From positions 101,417,440 to 101,481,439 of the forward strand of contig NC_068981.1 in assembly GCF_001194135.2 (NCBI RefSeq): DNA of 64,000 nt. The letters are read 5' to 3'. A program made the translations under genes and the position numbers. The notes under the pieces were generated by a model, which worked only from the letters and a program-made list of their open reading frames with translations, had not been told where the DNA came from and searched no databases. Origin of the DNA: Octopus bimaculoides (taxonomy: Eukaryota). This document shows, piece after piece, positions 1 through 11,236 of this stretch; within the stretch, counting starts at the first letter, position 1; every line of letters begins with the position of its first letter.

Positions 1-835
1 TTATGATTTTTTTTCCACTCTCACCACCCCACTCCGGACCGATTATGGCCTTTTTTTTTTTGCACTATGCACTGAGAGAAACATTTAAAGAAATAATCTT
101 TTCAGAAAAACTGTTTTAAGTGAGATCTGGCTGTTGTTTCTAGCACATCCCAAGACCACAGTCCTTTATTTCTCATTCTCCCATCTATTGATGTTTTTCA
201 ATATTTTTGTTCCCATAAACACATTCTATGGAATGGTGATACTGAAGTAACACACGTATGGTCAATTGCTGGGATATAAGCAACAAAAAAAAAAAAAGTA
301 ATTTAAATTTTTACTCGCACCCCAACCAATTGAGGCCGTGTGTAAGAGAAAACATTTTCTAACAGAAAATTATGCTATCAAAATAAATCATCTTTTACAT
401 ACCTCTGTTTAAAATCAGGCTATAAACAATCAGGAACAGAGAGTGGGGCTAAAAAATTCATAGTTTTCAAATTATTCTATTTTTTTTTTATAGCATAAAT
501 GTGTTTATGGGGAAATATTGAAAACATCAATACATATTTGAGTGAGAAAGAAATGAGTAGGGTGGTCTTGAGATATACTAGAAACAACAGCCAAGTCTCC
601 GTTAAATCATATTTTTTCCTCTGAAAAGATTTTTTTTAACCAAAAAGGTTTCTGCTATATTTTTTAAGTATGTAGTAAAAAAAAAAAATATTATATAAAA
701 GTCGGTCCGGACAGGGGCGGGAAACAAATTTTCAAAAAACATTTTCATAAAACATCTGCACCCTATCCCATCATTTTGAAAGCTATAGTGAAAAAATAAT
801 GGAAAAAATCCCCGTCAAAACAGAGAGATTCCAAC
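1..835. mobile_element. Long-TIR foldback/MITE, left end outside the window
   Basis: Arms ~1-230 and ~490-780 are inverted copies: 124-161 agatctggctgttgtttctagcacatcccaagacc vs the reverse complement of 561-598, and tccggaccga vs tcggtccgga. Spacer ~260 bp. TTAA at 836-839 may be the target site. Confidence 0.7.
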
Positions 836-900
836 TTAAACGGGGTGTCTGATCCAAATCTCTGTTCTTCAGAAACTCCTCCCTTGGCATCCTTGCAAAA

Positions 901-949
901 ATGTTTTCCAACAAATTTCTTTGTAATCATAATCTATGCTGTTTGAAAG
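901..949 (+). CDS. TK2: Candidate 5' coding exon of TK2/dNK (MFSNKFLCNHNLCCLK), possible mitochondrial presequence
   Basis: Acceptor tctgttcttcAG ends at 872, ATG at 901 (gcaaaaATG), donor GTATTT at 950. Ends in phase 1 and joins the 4225 exon in frame (G+AT=D). No homology support. Confidence 0.45.
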
Positions 950-1189
950 GTATTTGTATAAAATTTCAATTGATGTCTCTCCAAATGGAGAAACTTACTT
1001 CTTGACTCTTGCCAGCACCATTTTTGGTTTGCCTTACTTGTTACACTTGAAACATATGCAGTAAGGCATCTTGCCTGAATCTCTAACAATTCAGCCAATC
1101 TAACCAAAGTATCAGGTAGTTTGACTCTGAAAGCATTAAAAGCAACCTGACCCAGGTAAGAAATTCAACTCAATATGCAGACAGATTAA

Positions 1190-1890
1190 TAAATAAGTTT
1201 TGGCATAAGACCAGCACTTTTGCGGGAGGAGCAAGGCAATTAAATAGACCTCAATGCCCAACTGGTACTTATTTTATCAACCCCAGAAGAATGAAAGGCA
1301 AAGTCAACTTCAGCAGAATTTGAACTCAGAACGTGAAGGCAGACGAAATGCTTAGCAGCATTTCGTCTGGCATGCTAACGATTCTGCCAGCTCGCCACCT
1401 TAAAATTACAGCAGACAGTTTTTTTGTAGATTGAACTCTCAATGATAACTATCCAAGAGTTCACTATTTGCACCAATGTAACTTGAAAAATAATATTGGT
1501 TTTAAATTTTGGCATAAGGCCAGTACTTTCAGGAGAGGAGTAAGTCGATTATATCTATCTCAGTATCCAACTGATACTTACTTCATCAACCCTGAAAGGA
1601 AAAAGGCAATTTGAACTCAGAAGATAAAAACATGAAATGCCACTAAGCATTTTGCCCTGCATGCTAACAATTCTGCCAGCTCACTACCTTAGCATAGTGA
1701 ATAATATTGATTTCAAATTTTGACACAAGGCCTGTAGTGTTCCACTGGTACTTATTTTTTTTTGACCTTGAAAAGATGAAAGGCAAAGTCAACCTTGGTG
1801 GAATTTGAACTCAGGATGTAAAGATGAATGAAATGCCACTAAACATTTTTCCTAGTGTGCTAACGATTCTGCTAGCTCACTGCCTTAGCT
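1190..1890 (-). mobile_element. Three tandem copies of tRNA-derived SINE family A
   Basis: Repeated gaatttgaactcag (reverse complement of B-box GAGTTCAAATTC), ggcaaagtcaac, ctggtacttattt and ttggcacaaggcc blocks. Same family recurs across the window. Confidence 0.8.
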
Positions 1891-2209
1891 TAATGAATAA
1901 TTTTCCTGGTGTTCTAATGACTCTGTCAATACATCACACACACATCCATTTATATATGTGTGTATGCATGCACATTTGTGTTGCTGTTTAACTTACGTAT
2001 ATATCCTTCATGCAAAAGGATCCCTAGAAATTTCCTTGGGTCATTATCTAAAAATTGCAGGCATGGCTGTGTGATTAAAAAGCTCACTTTGCAACCATGT
2101 GATTTCAAGTTTAGCCCTGTTGTGTGGCATTTTGAACAAATGTCTTCTTCAGTAGTCTTAGGCTGACCAAGGACATGTAAATGAATTTGGTAGATGGAAA
2201 CTATGTGGT

Positions 2210-2415
2210 GCCCCCACCAGTTTCCTGTTCATTAGTGTACCTTGTGTACGAAATGCATTCACCCAAAGTAAGATTGTGTTACGGGTGGGAACAGCCTGAT
2301 TTCGGTGAATGTTGAAGTAGTGCTGAAACTCATGCTGAACTGCTGTGACAGACTTGTTATTCTTCATGTAACTGTTATAGGCAAATGCGATGCTCTATTG
2401 TCCACAGCACCATGG
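2210..2415 (-). mobile_element. Tc1/mariner-like transposase N-terminal fragment (DUF4817-type HTH)
   Basis: Frameshifted MVLWTIEHRI..MKNNKSVTAVQHEFQHYFNIHRNQAVPTRNTILLWVNAFRTQG matches the VQRxFRxxF..VPxRxTIxxWVxxF pattern. Confidence 0.65.
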
Positions 2416-2504
2416 CTTCACCTGAAAAGAGTCACGAAGTAAGTTTCTCTACTTAGAGAGACGTGTACCCTTGTGACAATGTATGTAACACACACACACA
2501 CAGG

Positions 2505-2790
2505 CACAGGCATAGCTGTGTGGTTAAGTGCACTTTGTTGCAACAGGGTTTTGGGGTTCAGTTCTACTTGGGAAATGTCTTCCATGCTCCAGGTTAATCA
2601 ATACCCTTTGAATAAATTTGATAGATGGAAACTGTGGAAGCCCATTGTATATATGTGTGTTTGTGTTTGTTCCCCATCACTGCTTGACAATTGATGTTGG
2701 TTTGTTTACAACCCTGTAAATTACTAGTTTGGTAAAAAGTGATGGATAGAATAAGTGCCAAACTTGAAAATAAGCAGGGATTTGGTCAAA
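2505..2790 (+). mobile_element. tRNA-derived SINE family B
   Basis: gcatagctgtgtggttaag head, cttgggaaatgtct, gatggaaactg, internal (TG)n, gatagaataagt. Further copies at ~2058, 8080, 16005, 34885(-), 37045(-), 43940, 50560(-) and 63215. Confidence 0.75.
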
Positions 2791-3049
2791 TAAACAGTAT
2801 CATCAACAATTTAGTGCTTGGATCTTAACAAAAATCCTACATAAATTTATTTTTGAAGATTTTGATTTAAATATGAACTGTTCAGAACACTAGATTTTGT
2901 TTTATTGAGTTAGAGACAATTTCAGATGGGTTGATGCCCAAAGGATTTATGTTGTGAAGGCAGGGAAAACACTCAGATCATGGAAGACAGTTGATGAGAT
3001 ACTGAAAATATCTGATGAAATAGAATGCACTCGTCCGTCAAGTAGTACA

Positions 3050-4075
3050 GCAAGTATTCATTCCCAGTGACTGGCAGAACAGTGTCCTTACTAACTGCTA
3101 CAAGGGTACATGCTCTAGGAAGAAGAAATTACAGAGGCATCAAACTGATAGATCAGTCTATGAATGTGGGAGAAAGAATTACAGCACAACTAATTATGAA
3201 GAACATTGGTTCAGAGTTGTGTCAGGAGAGGGTGTCACTTTTTCCTATTGAGAAACTATAGAAGTTTTTAGTAAAGAGCAAGCAACTAAACCAAGCATTT
3301 GATGATTTGTGAGAAGTACTTGATAAGGTGCTGTGTTCTGTTCTGCAAGGAATTTGATACGCTGGTTGGTATCCATAAGGGCTTGGTTCTCTGCCTTCTG
3401 TTTATTATAGCTCTCCAGGAAATAACAGAGGAATTTGACTGGTTGTCTGTGGAAACATTTGTTTGCCTATGACCTAGTTCTTATAGCTGAACCTGTTGAA
3501 AGAATTAAAGAAATTAGAAATGCAGAACAAAAGCCTAAAGTTAAAAGTTCTTAAATCTAGCAGAAACAAAAGCTTTAGTTAATAATAATAATAAAAACCC
3601 TCTTAAAAAACAATACTCTACAGCCATCTGACACTGGTAGTGCTTGATGTGTAGAAAAGGAGTAGGTAGAGATTCAGTACAATGTAAACTTTAGGTGCAC
3701 AAGAGGTGCAGTAGGATCACAGACAGGCATTGAATGTGAAGGATGGGGAAAAAATAGGCAAGCATACTCCACGTGATGTGTGATGCTATGTTAGTGAATG
3801 AACTGAGAAAAACTAGGTATAAGAAGAATCAGATGAGAAGTGTACAAGAGAGGAGAGTGTGCTGGTATGAACACATGATGTGTATGGAGGATAATAGTTG
3901 AATAAAGAAGTGCCAAGTGATCCAAGTAAAGGAAACCTTTGGAAGAGGAAGACATGGGGAAAAAGCAGTGTATGCTCACCTCAAGAAGTTGAGCTTCACA
4001 AAGGAGATATCAAAGGATCACAGATGCTATGCTGGAAAACTCTGTTCCACTTGTATATGTATAGAAATACTGATG
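3050..4075 (+). mobile_element. Degenerate RTE-clade LINE reverse transcriptase
   Basis: Fragments DWQNSVLTNCYKG, NYRGIKLIDQ..ERITAQLI, GIHKGLVL.LLFIIALQEITEEF, LFAYDLVLIAE (YADD motif) and CRKGVGRDSVQC..VHKRCS. Many stops and frameshifts. Confidence 0.75.
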
Positions 4076-4224
4076 TAAAATATTGATGATTGATATATTG
4101 TGGCCCTTTTCAAACTTAAATACAAAATGACATTTTAAATACCTCAATTATTGTAAAGGAAACTGTACTTTAAATTTACTCATTTATTCATCTATATTTA
4201 ACTTTTTAATTTCTTAATTCTCAG

Positions 4225-4265
4225 ATTTTCAAAGACACCAACATTCCAGTATGGAGAAGATAACT
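4225..4265 (+). CDS. TK2: TK2/dNK exon (D)FQRHQHSSMEKIT with an in-frame ATG at 4251
   Basis: Acceptor ttctcAG ends at 4224, donor GTAAGT at 4266. Phase 0 join to the P-loop exon gives MEKITISVEGNIGAGKS. Confidence 0.8.
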
Positions 4266-4399
4266 GTAAGTATACATCAAAGAATGCAATAATAATGATT
4301 TTATTCCAGTGTCTTATATGATATCACAGTTTGAAGACTCAGATTATGTTCAATACATGATAAAATGTTCTCTTACACATTGGACAGTCATAGTTAGAG

Positions 4400-4900
4400 C
4401 TACATCCTTATGTATTAGCAACTCTAGAATTTCTTAGACCCCTCTTCTGTTAACTGTAGAAAAGATATTTTGGAAGGCATTTGTTGTCCATTCTGGTAAT
4501 GTGATCAAACCAGTTCAGCCAAGGTCTGCATAAGTCAGTGTGAATGCTAAGCAATACTGTGTAATTAAAGATTTTGGTGTCTGAGACCTTTTCATGCCAA
4601 TGACTATGCAGCATTTTTCTCAGACACTTAAAATGGAATCGTCTACCTGCTGTCAACAGTCCATATATCATTAACATATAGCAAAGTTGACAGAACAATG
4701 GCACTGAAGACATTCAACGTGGTTCAGAAGGGCTGAGACCCTTTCTGTTCAAATGTTTTTGCAAAGCCTATCAAGCATTGTTTTGCTATTAACTTCATTG
4801 ACATGGATGAGTTTTTTGAGAGGATACTGCAAAGGTATGTGAACCTAGTAATGATTTGTAGAATGGTTTTTGAAATCTGATTGTAAGCTCCATATATTCC
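4400..4900 (-). mobile_element. RTE/BovB-like LINE C-terminal fragment
   Basis: RRFHFKCLRKMLHSHWHEKVSDTKIF..LLSIHT..LNWFDHITRMDNKCLPKYLFYS resembles RFHxRCLRxIL..W..LRWxGHVxRMxxxRLPKxLFY. Confidence 0.65.
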
Positions 4901-5499
4901 TTGTGAGAAGCTGGTTGACCTGGGATTAAGCAATAATTACTAATCATAAAAGAAATGTGATATTTTTTCCTGATAAATATATAATAGCTTTCTTTTCTTA
5001 ATTAGATGTATTCACCTGTAGGTAAAAAGCCTACAGAGTTCTCCCAGATATTTTCCCCAAACCAGTAATTTTGACTTTTTCATTGTTTCAATTACTTCAG
5101 CCATCTCTTATTTCATATTTTTGAAGTCCTCATTCATGGCGAAAAATTCTTCAGTCACTCCAGTTTGGAAAGGCTATTGATGTATGTCTCTTTCATTATA
5201 GTTGTGTCATCATTTGTGAGACAAATGACATCCATAACTCTTCAGTATCTAAAGTTATTTGTTGTTGTTATTGTCGTCGTCATCATTTAGCATTCATTTT
5301 CCATGCTGGCATGCATTAGATAGATTGACTGGAACTGGTCTTCCATAAACAACATTGCCCGGACTTGTGCCTCGGAGGGTAACTTTCTAGGTACAATCCC
5401 ATGGTCAATCATAACTGAAGGGGGTTTCAGCAATATGTATATGTATGTATATATGCATATATAAATATATATGTAAATATATGTAATTATTATGATTGA

Positions 5500-5701
5500 C
5501 CGTTGACTGAACACTATTCAATTTTTTTTCTCCGTGTTTTTCTCCTTGTCTCCGTATTCTTTCTGTTGAAGAGCGTAGCTCGAAACGTCAAAGACTTTCC
5601 GTATTCCCGAGCGTCATACTAATATATACTTTTGTTATTTACACCACCTGTCCTCGTCTGTTGTTATTATTTGTATATTCTCCTAAATATTTGTATATGT
5701 A

Positions 5702-5746
<45 letters not shown>
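5500..5746 (+). mobile_element. Penelope-like 3' end running into a (TA)n array
   Basis: Hammerhead-like motif, then tail acctgtcctcgtctgttgtt..ttctcc, then (TA)n up to the gap. Confidence 0.55.
5558..5594 (+). ncRNA. Degenerate minimal type I hammerhead ribozyme
   Basis: tcttt CTGTTGA a GAGC gta GCTC GAA ACGT C aaaga: 5-bp stem I, 4-bp stem II, ACGT palindrome as stem III. Core has A6->U and one extra A. Confidence 0.45.
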
Positions 5747-6289
5747 NNNNNNNNNNNNNNNNNNNNNNNNNNNNNNNNNNNNNNNNNNNNNNNNNNNNNN
5801 NNNNNNNNNNNNNNNNNNNNNNNNNNNNNNNNNNNNNNNNNNNNNNNNNNNNNNNNNNNNNNNNNNNNNNNNNNNNNNNNNNNNNNNNNNNNNNNNNNNN
5901 NNNNNNNNNNNNNNNNNNNNNNNNNNNNNNNNNNNNNNNNNNNNNNNNNNNNNNNNNNNNNNNNNNNNNNNNNNNNNNNNNNNNNNNNNNNNNNNNNNNN
6001 NNNNNNNNNNNNNNNNNNNNNNNNNNNNNNNNNNNNNNNNNNNNNNNNNNNNNNNNNNNNNNNNNNNNNNNNNNNNNNNNNNNNNNNNNNNNNNNNNNNN
6101 NNNNNNNNNNNNNNNNNNNNNNNNNNNNNNNNNNNNNNNNNNNNNNNNNNNNNNNNNNNNNNNNNNNNNNNNNNNNNNNNNNNNNNNNNNNNNNNNNNNN
6201 NNNNNNNNNNNNNNNNNNNNNNNNNNNNNNNNNNNNNNNNNNNNNNNNNNNNNNNNNNNNNNNNNNNNNNNNNNNNNNNNNNNNNNNNN
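5747..6289. other. Assembly gap
   Basis: Run of N. Confidence 1.
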
Positions 6290-6361
6290 TGTCGGATACG
6301 TAGGGTGTTCGTTTTTGGTGAGGTGAGAATTCTGTTTATTTATATATATTTTTGGGACAAT

Positions 6362-6423
6362 ACTGTGCTGATGAACGAAATCTAGATTCATTCTAGTAAT
6401 CGCGAAATCGGCCGATACACAGT
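6362..6423 (+). ncRNA. Type I hammerhead ribozyme, near-intact
   Basis: actgtg CTGATGA acga..ctaga ttcat tctag..tcgc GAA ATC GGCC GAT A cacagt. Stem I is 6 bp, the core is complete, and the site AUA ends at 6417. The only lesion is A.C in place of G10.1-C11.1. Confidence 0.75.
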
Positions 6424-6664
6424 TAAGTTTATTTAAAAGAAAGTTGGTCGTCTTCTGTTGGTTGTTTTTCCTCGCATTAGGTACTAAATGTGGTTATTTT
6501 GAGAAGTCCACTGTGTGGTGTTATTATTTTCTGTAATAATGCCCTTTATATAAATATAAACGAATAATTATATTCTTGGGAATAGAAATTTCCCTTATGA
6601 ATCTTTTTACACACTGGCTTCTTGATAAAATTCTTGTAAAAGAGTTTTATCCCTTTTTGAATTT

Positions 6665-7530
6665 ATTGATATAATCATGTGGAGAATGGAGAAACAAACA
6701 GGAAGAAGCAGGTCGATTGCGCTAGTTAGCCATTAATTTAATCAGTTATGTGGAGATTTTGTAATGTTACATTTACGATCGTTTCGATTTGCCAATTTGA
6801 TTGGCAGATCTCTTCAGAATGTTGAGAAGTCTGTTTAAGTGCATGGTGTGAGAGATGCAGGAATAGAAGACAGGGTATATACTAATGTAAAAGGATGCAT
6901 ATAGTGGTATGAGAGTAGAGGTAAGGTATAGTGAGTCTTACGTTTTAGTCGAAATCAGGGTTAATAATCTTTCTGCGAAGGAGAGGTAGGGTGGGTGCTG
7001 TTTAAGCTCGTAGTTCCAATCTTAGTCAATCGAATTACGCACGTGGATATTTTAAAAATTCGAGCGATTGTTTATGTTTTTTAGCACCGGTGGTGTTAGT
7101 AAAGGGGGTAACTCTAAGTTTTGGTGAAGAGGGAGCTAACTCTGTCCTAGTGCATATTTAATTATACTTAGAAAATGAAAATTTTGTAGTGTGTAGACAG
7201 ATTAGGTTATTTTCGTATTTTTTTGTTTAAAAGCTCTGTTGTAGCCGTTAGGATTTCGAAGCATTCAGTTAGGCAGAGATCACAACGTCTGTTAGTTGAG
7301 TTATAAGAATGTGCTGTTCTGAGTATATGCCATTTCAGTTTGTATGCTATATTATTGTCCTTTAATTCCCAGATATAACTACTAAGTCCTGTTGAATTTG
7401 CCTTCTTTCTATTTCTAAAGCTAGATCAGTGTTCATTGTATCTGAGGCATATTTGGTTTTTTTTGTGGCACCAATGTAAGACCTAATAGGGCCATTTGTG
7501 CGTACGTCACATTGGTAAACTACATAACAA
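6665..7530 (-). mobile_element. 5'-truncated Penelope-like retroelement: GIY-YIG endonuclease remnant (7158-7530) plus 3' UTR
   Basis: VVYQCDVRTNGPIRSYIGAT..YNEH*SSFRNRKKANSTGLSSYIWELKDNNIAYKLKWHIL..RCDLCLTECFEIL..LLNKK is a typical PLE GIY-YIG C-terminus. A hammerhead lies in the 3' UTR. Confidence 0.85.
6769..6822 (-). ncRNA. Intact type I hammerhead ribozyme
   Basis: Reverse complement: acatt CTGAAGA GATc TGCCAAT caa ATTGGCA aATC GAA AC GATC GT A aatgt. All core nucleotides, the G10.1-C11.1 pair, a GUA site (cleavage between 6774 and 6773) and a 5-bp stem I are present. Confidence 0.88.
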
Positions 7531-7686
7531 AAAATAACTGACCAACAAAAAAAAAACCAACCAAGATTCAACCAAATCAAAAAATAAACCCAAATACTAA
7601 GCAATCAAAGATGAACCATCCCAGTTCCATTGCGTGCGCACACGCACACACACACACACACACATTCACATACCCCCCCTTTACAT

Positions 7687-7722
<36 letters not shown>

Positions 7723-8619
7723 TCACATACCNNNNNNNNNNCCCCCCCCCCCTTTATATACACACATATATTAACATGGAGTTGAAATGCTGTTTGATTT
7801 ATTTTCATCAGTTTACACTACCAAGTCTGACATCACCCCTTCCTTTCTTATTCATCTATCACCCCTTTCTTTCTCATTCATAAACACGAGTATTATTATA
7901 GAAGATTATCTTGGTAACCATGGGAGCTATGAAAAATAATAAAGCCCAGCATCACCACCAGATCATTCTACACATCTGTGTAATTTTTCACACAATTCCA
8001 CCCAGCCGTTTGACCGTCAATCCTAAGACAAGAAAGAATCACCCATGTCAAATTTATATCTATAGATATTTGTGTGTCTGTGTTTTTACCCCCACCATTG
8101 CTTGACAACCAATGTTATGGTGTTTACGTTCCCATAACTTAGTGGTTCGGCAAAAGACACTGATAGAATAAGTACTAGGCTTACATAGAATAAATCCTGT
8201 CATCGATTTGTTCGGCCAAAGGTGGTGCTCCAGCACGGCCGCAGTCACATGACTGAAACAAGTAAAACAATAGAAAAACTATGCTTTTTTAATCCTGAGC
8301 AAGGCCAGGTATCTCCACTAGTTGAAAACAAAATTATTCTCAATGTTGATTTTATATTATGAAGTTCAGACACACATACCTTCAATGTGTGTGTGTGTGT
8401 ACTCCCTGTCCTCCTCCGTGATTCTATCTTATGCCAGCAAGGAAAACGGACGTTAAACGACGATGATGATGATGATTAAATGGCCATATAAATAATCAAG
8501 CAGTTATTGTTCTTTCATTTTCTCTGATATAAATTTCCGTTATTCTAAGTTTATTATTTTTCTCTTCCTTACTGGTGTAATTTTACATTATTTTCTAGTT
8601 CACTACATTAACTGTTTGT

Positions 8620-8663
8620 TCCACCCATGCTAGCATGGAAGGTGGACGTTAAACGACGACGAC

Positions 8664-8728
<65 letters not shown>

Positions 8729-8748
8729 CGATGACGATGATTATGATG
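8620..8748 (+). repeat. RTE 3' terminus with a long (GAT)n tail
   Basis: cccatgctagcatggaaggtggacgttaaacg followed by ~30 GAY triplets. The same terminus occurs at ~5272(-), 8430, 17300(-), 20620, 21300, 34365(-), 60290 and 62775. Confidence 0.75.
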
Positions 8749-9247
8749 CATCCTCTCTTACGCTTTTTTCAATTGACATCATTCTGGTCCTTTTTAAAAA
8801 ATTTTTCTCCTTTCAATTATTTCCTTTAAAAGAATTTTTGTAATTTAATCGTGCAATTAACAAGGGAGGCAACTGTCAATTCACGTTGATTCTCTAGTCC
8901 CACTGTGTAAATGTTCTCAGCACAAAAATGAAATCCAGATACAGAATATCACAGTGAAGCAGTTGGATCCAAGGAAGTAAGTGGTAGTCTGCATCCATTC
9001 CAATGAACAGCTCCACTTGAAACGTCTGCTTGATCCAGTTTACCTGCCTGGCAAACAGTACCACTCTTATTTGAAGGTTGTGTGGTTAGGAGATGGACGA
9101 CCTCTTAATTATAAACAAGAATTGCTTTCTGCAAAGGATCTCTGATCCATAAAAACGTAGAAAAATACTTACAACTAAACAAAAATAATATATAAATTAC
9201 ATAATGAATAATGTTTTTTTTTTTTGTTTTTTATTCAACATTTTCAG

Positions 9248-9322
9248 ATATCTGTTGAAGGTAACATTGGTGCTGGTAAATCAGAAATGCTTAACTTTTT
9301 TGCTAAAGACCCTACAATAGAG
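9248..9322 (+). CDS. TK2: TK2/dNK P-loop exon ISVEGNIGAGKSEMLNFFAKDPTIE
   Basis: ttttcAG acceptor, GTATGT donor, dNK-family EGNIGxGKS P-loop. Confidence 0.95.
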
Positions 9323-9592
9323 GTATGTGTGAATATAAATAATTTCTAACGATTTGTTTAATAGATACAAATATAGTTGTGTGGTTGAGAAGTTGACTTC
9401 AGAATGACATGGTTTTGAATTTGCTTACATTGCATGGACACTGTTGGCTGGTGTTCTCTACCATAGCCACAGACTGACCAGTTACCTCACAAATGAAATT
9501 TGATACATGTAAAGAAACCTTCTATGTGTGTGTGTGTATGTGTGTGTATATGCATATATATATATAATTGTTAAAGAGGACAAAAAACGTTG

Positions 9593-10082
9593 NNNNNNNN
9601 NNNNNNNNNNNNNNNNNNNNNNNNNNNNNNNNNNNNNNNNNNNNNNNNNNNNNNNNNNNNNNNNNNNNNNNNNNNNNNNNNNNNNNNNNNNNNNNNNNNN
9701 NNNNNNNNNNNNNNNNNNNNNNNNNNNNNNNNNNNNNNNNNNNNNNNNNNNNNNNNNNNNNNNNNNNNNNNNNNNNNNNNNNNNNNNNNNNNNNNNNNNN
9801 NNNNNNNNNNNNNNNNNNNNNNNNNNNNNNNNNNNNNNNNNNNNNNNNNNNNNNNNNNNNNNNNNNNNNNNNNNNNNNNNNNNNNNNNNNNNNNNNNNNN
9901 NNNNNNNNNNNNNNNNNNNNNNNNNNNNNNNNNNNNNNNNNNNNNNNNNNNNNNNNNNNNNNNNNNNNNNNNNNNNNNNNNNNNNNNNNNNNNNNNNNNN
10001 NNNNNNNNNNNNNNNNNNNNNNNNNNNNNNNNNNNNNNNNNNNNNNNNNNNNNNNNNNNNNNNNNNNNNNNNNNNNNNNNNN
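9593..10082. other. Assembly gap in a TK2 intron
   Basis: Run of N. Confidence 1.
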
Positions 10083-10128
<46 letters not shown>

Positions 10129-10129
<1 letters not shown>

Positions 10130-11236
10130 GGGGTTTGACAAAATAATGGAAATACGTTAAAATTTTGAACAAATTTATTTTAATATGGGGTAGGACCACC
10201 TTTGGCAGTAATTACAGCTTGAATTCTTCGAGGTATGGACTTGTGCAAAGTTTGAATTGCTTCCAAAGGAATTTTTGTCCATTCTGCAGCTAAAAGTCTC
10301 CAGTTCTTATAATGATGATGGTGGAGGATATCAACTCCTTACTTGTTTTTCTAAAATACCCCATAAATGTTCAATAATATTGAGATCTCGGGACTGTGGT
10401 GGCTAGGTAAGATGTTTAACTTCATTAGAATGTTCCTCGTGCCATTCAGTAACAACTTTACCTAGGTGAATTGGTGCATTATCATCCTGAAAGATTGCGT
10501 TTCACCCCAGAAACAGTTCTGCAACCATAGGATGAATTTGATCAGATATAATACTTAAATAGTCTTGACTGTTAATTCTGCCATGAAGGGAAACCATTGG
10601 GCCAGTGGATTTCCAAGATATAACCTCCCCAGATCATCACGGATCCTTCTCCATGTTTAACAGTTGGAAGAAGACAGTCAGGGTCAAATGCTTCTTTTGG
10701 CTGTCTCCACATGTATATGTGGCCGGTGGTCAGAAATAAGGTAAAGGATGACTTGTCCAAGAAAATAACATTCTTCCACTGATCTGGGGACCAATTCTGT
10801 AGGTTTTTACTCCATTCTAAACGTTTTGCAATGTTTGTTTTTGAAAGTAGTGGTTTTATGATTTCAGCCCTCCTGTGAAATCCAGCTTTGTGCAACTCCC
10901 CGGCAAACAGTTTTTGTGGAAACTGGATTCTTGAGGTGGTCATTAAGCTCTGCAGTAATTTAGGGAGCTGTACTTTTGTGATCCTTTCTAACAATTCACG
11001 TAAGAGTCCAACGGTTCCTATCTGAAAGTTTTGGTTTTCTTCCAAAGTTTTGTTTCGACGAGGAGGTTTTTCCCTCTTTCTCAAAGGCTGTCATTACTTT
11101 CAAGACAGTACTTCTTGATACACCAAACATTTCAGCGGTTTTCATTATGCTAGCACCTGCCATACGAGCACCCTCAATTTGACCGCTTTGAAAGTCTGAT
11201 AGATCTGTCATTTTAATGAATTTTAATTACCTTTTT
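10129..11236 (-). mobile_element. Tc1 (DD34E) transposon with a near full-length disrupted transposase (10180-11211)
   Basis: MTDLSDFQSGQI..GVSRSTV HTH, VIFLDKSSF, TVKHGEGSVMIWG, FQDDNAPIH, SRDLNIIEHLW, AVITAKGGPTPY*. TIR ggggtttgacaaaataatggaaa sits beside (TA)n; the other end is probably in the gap. Confidence 0.92.

Noticed and set aside
5195-5245. Another minus-strand CUGAAGA..GAAA hammerhead
   Set aside because: No stem III or NUH site and no stem I.
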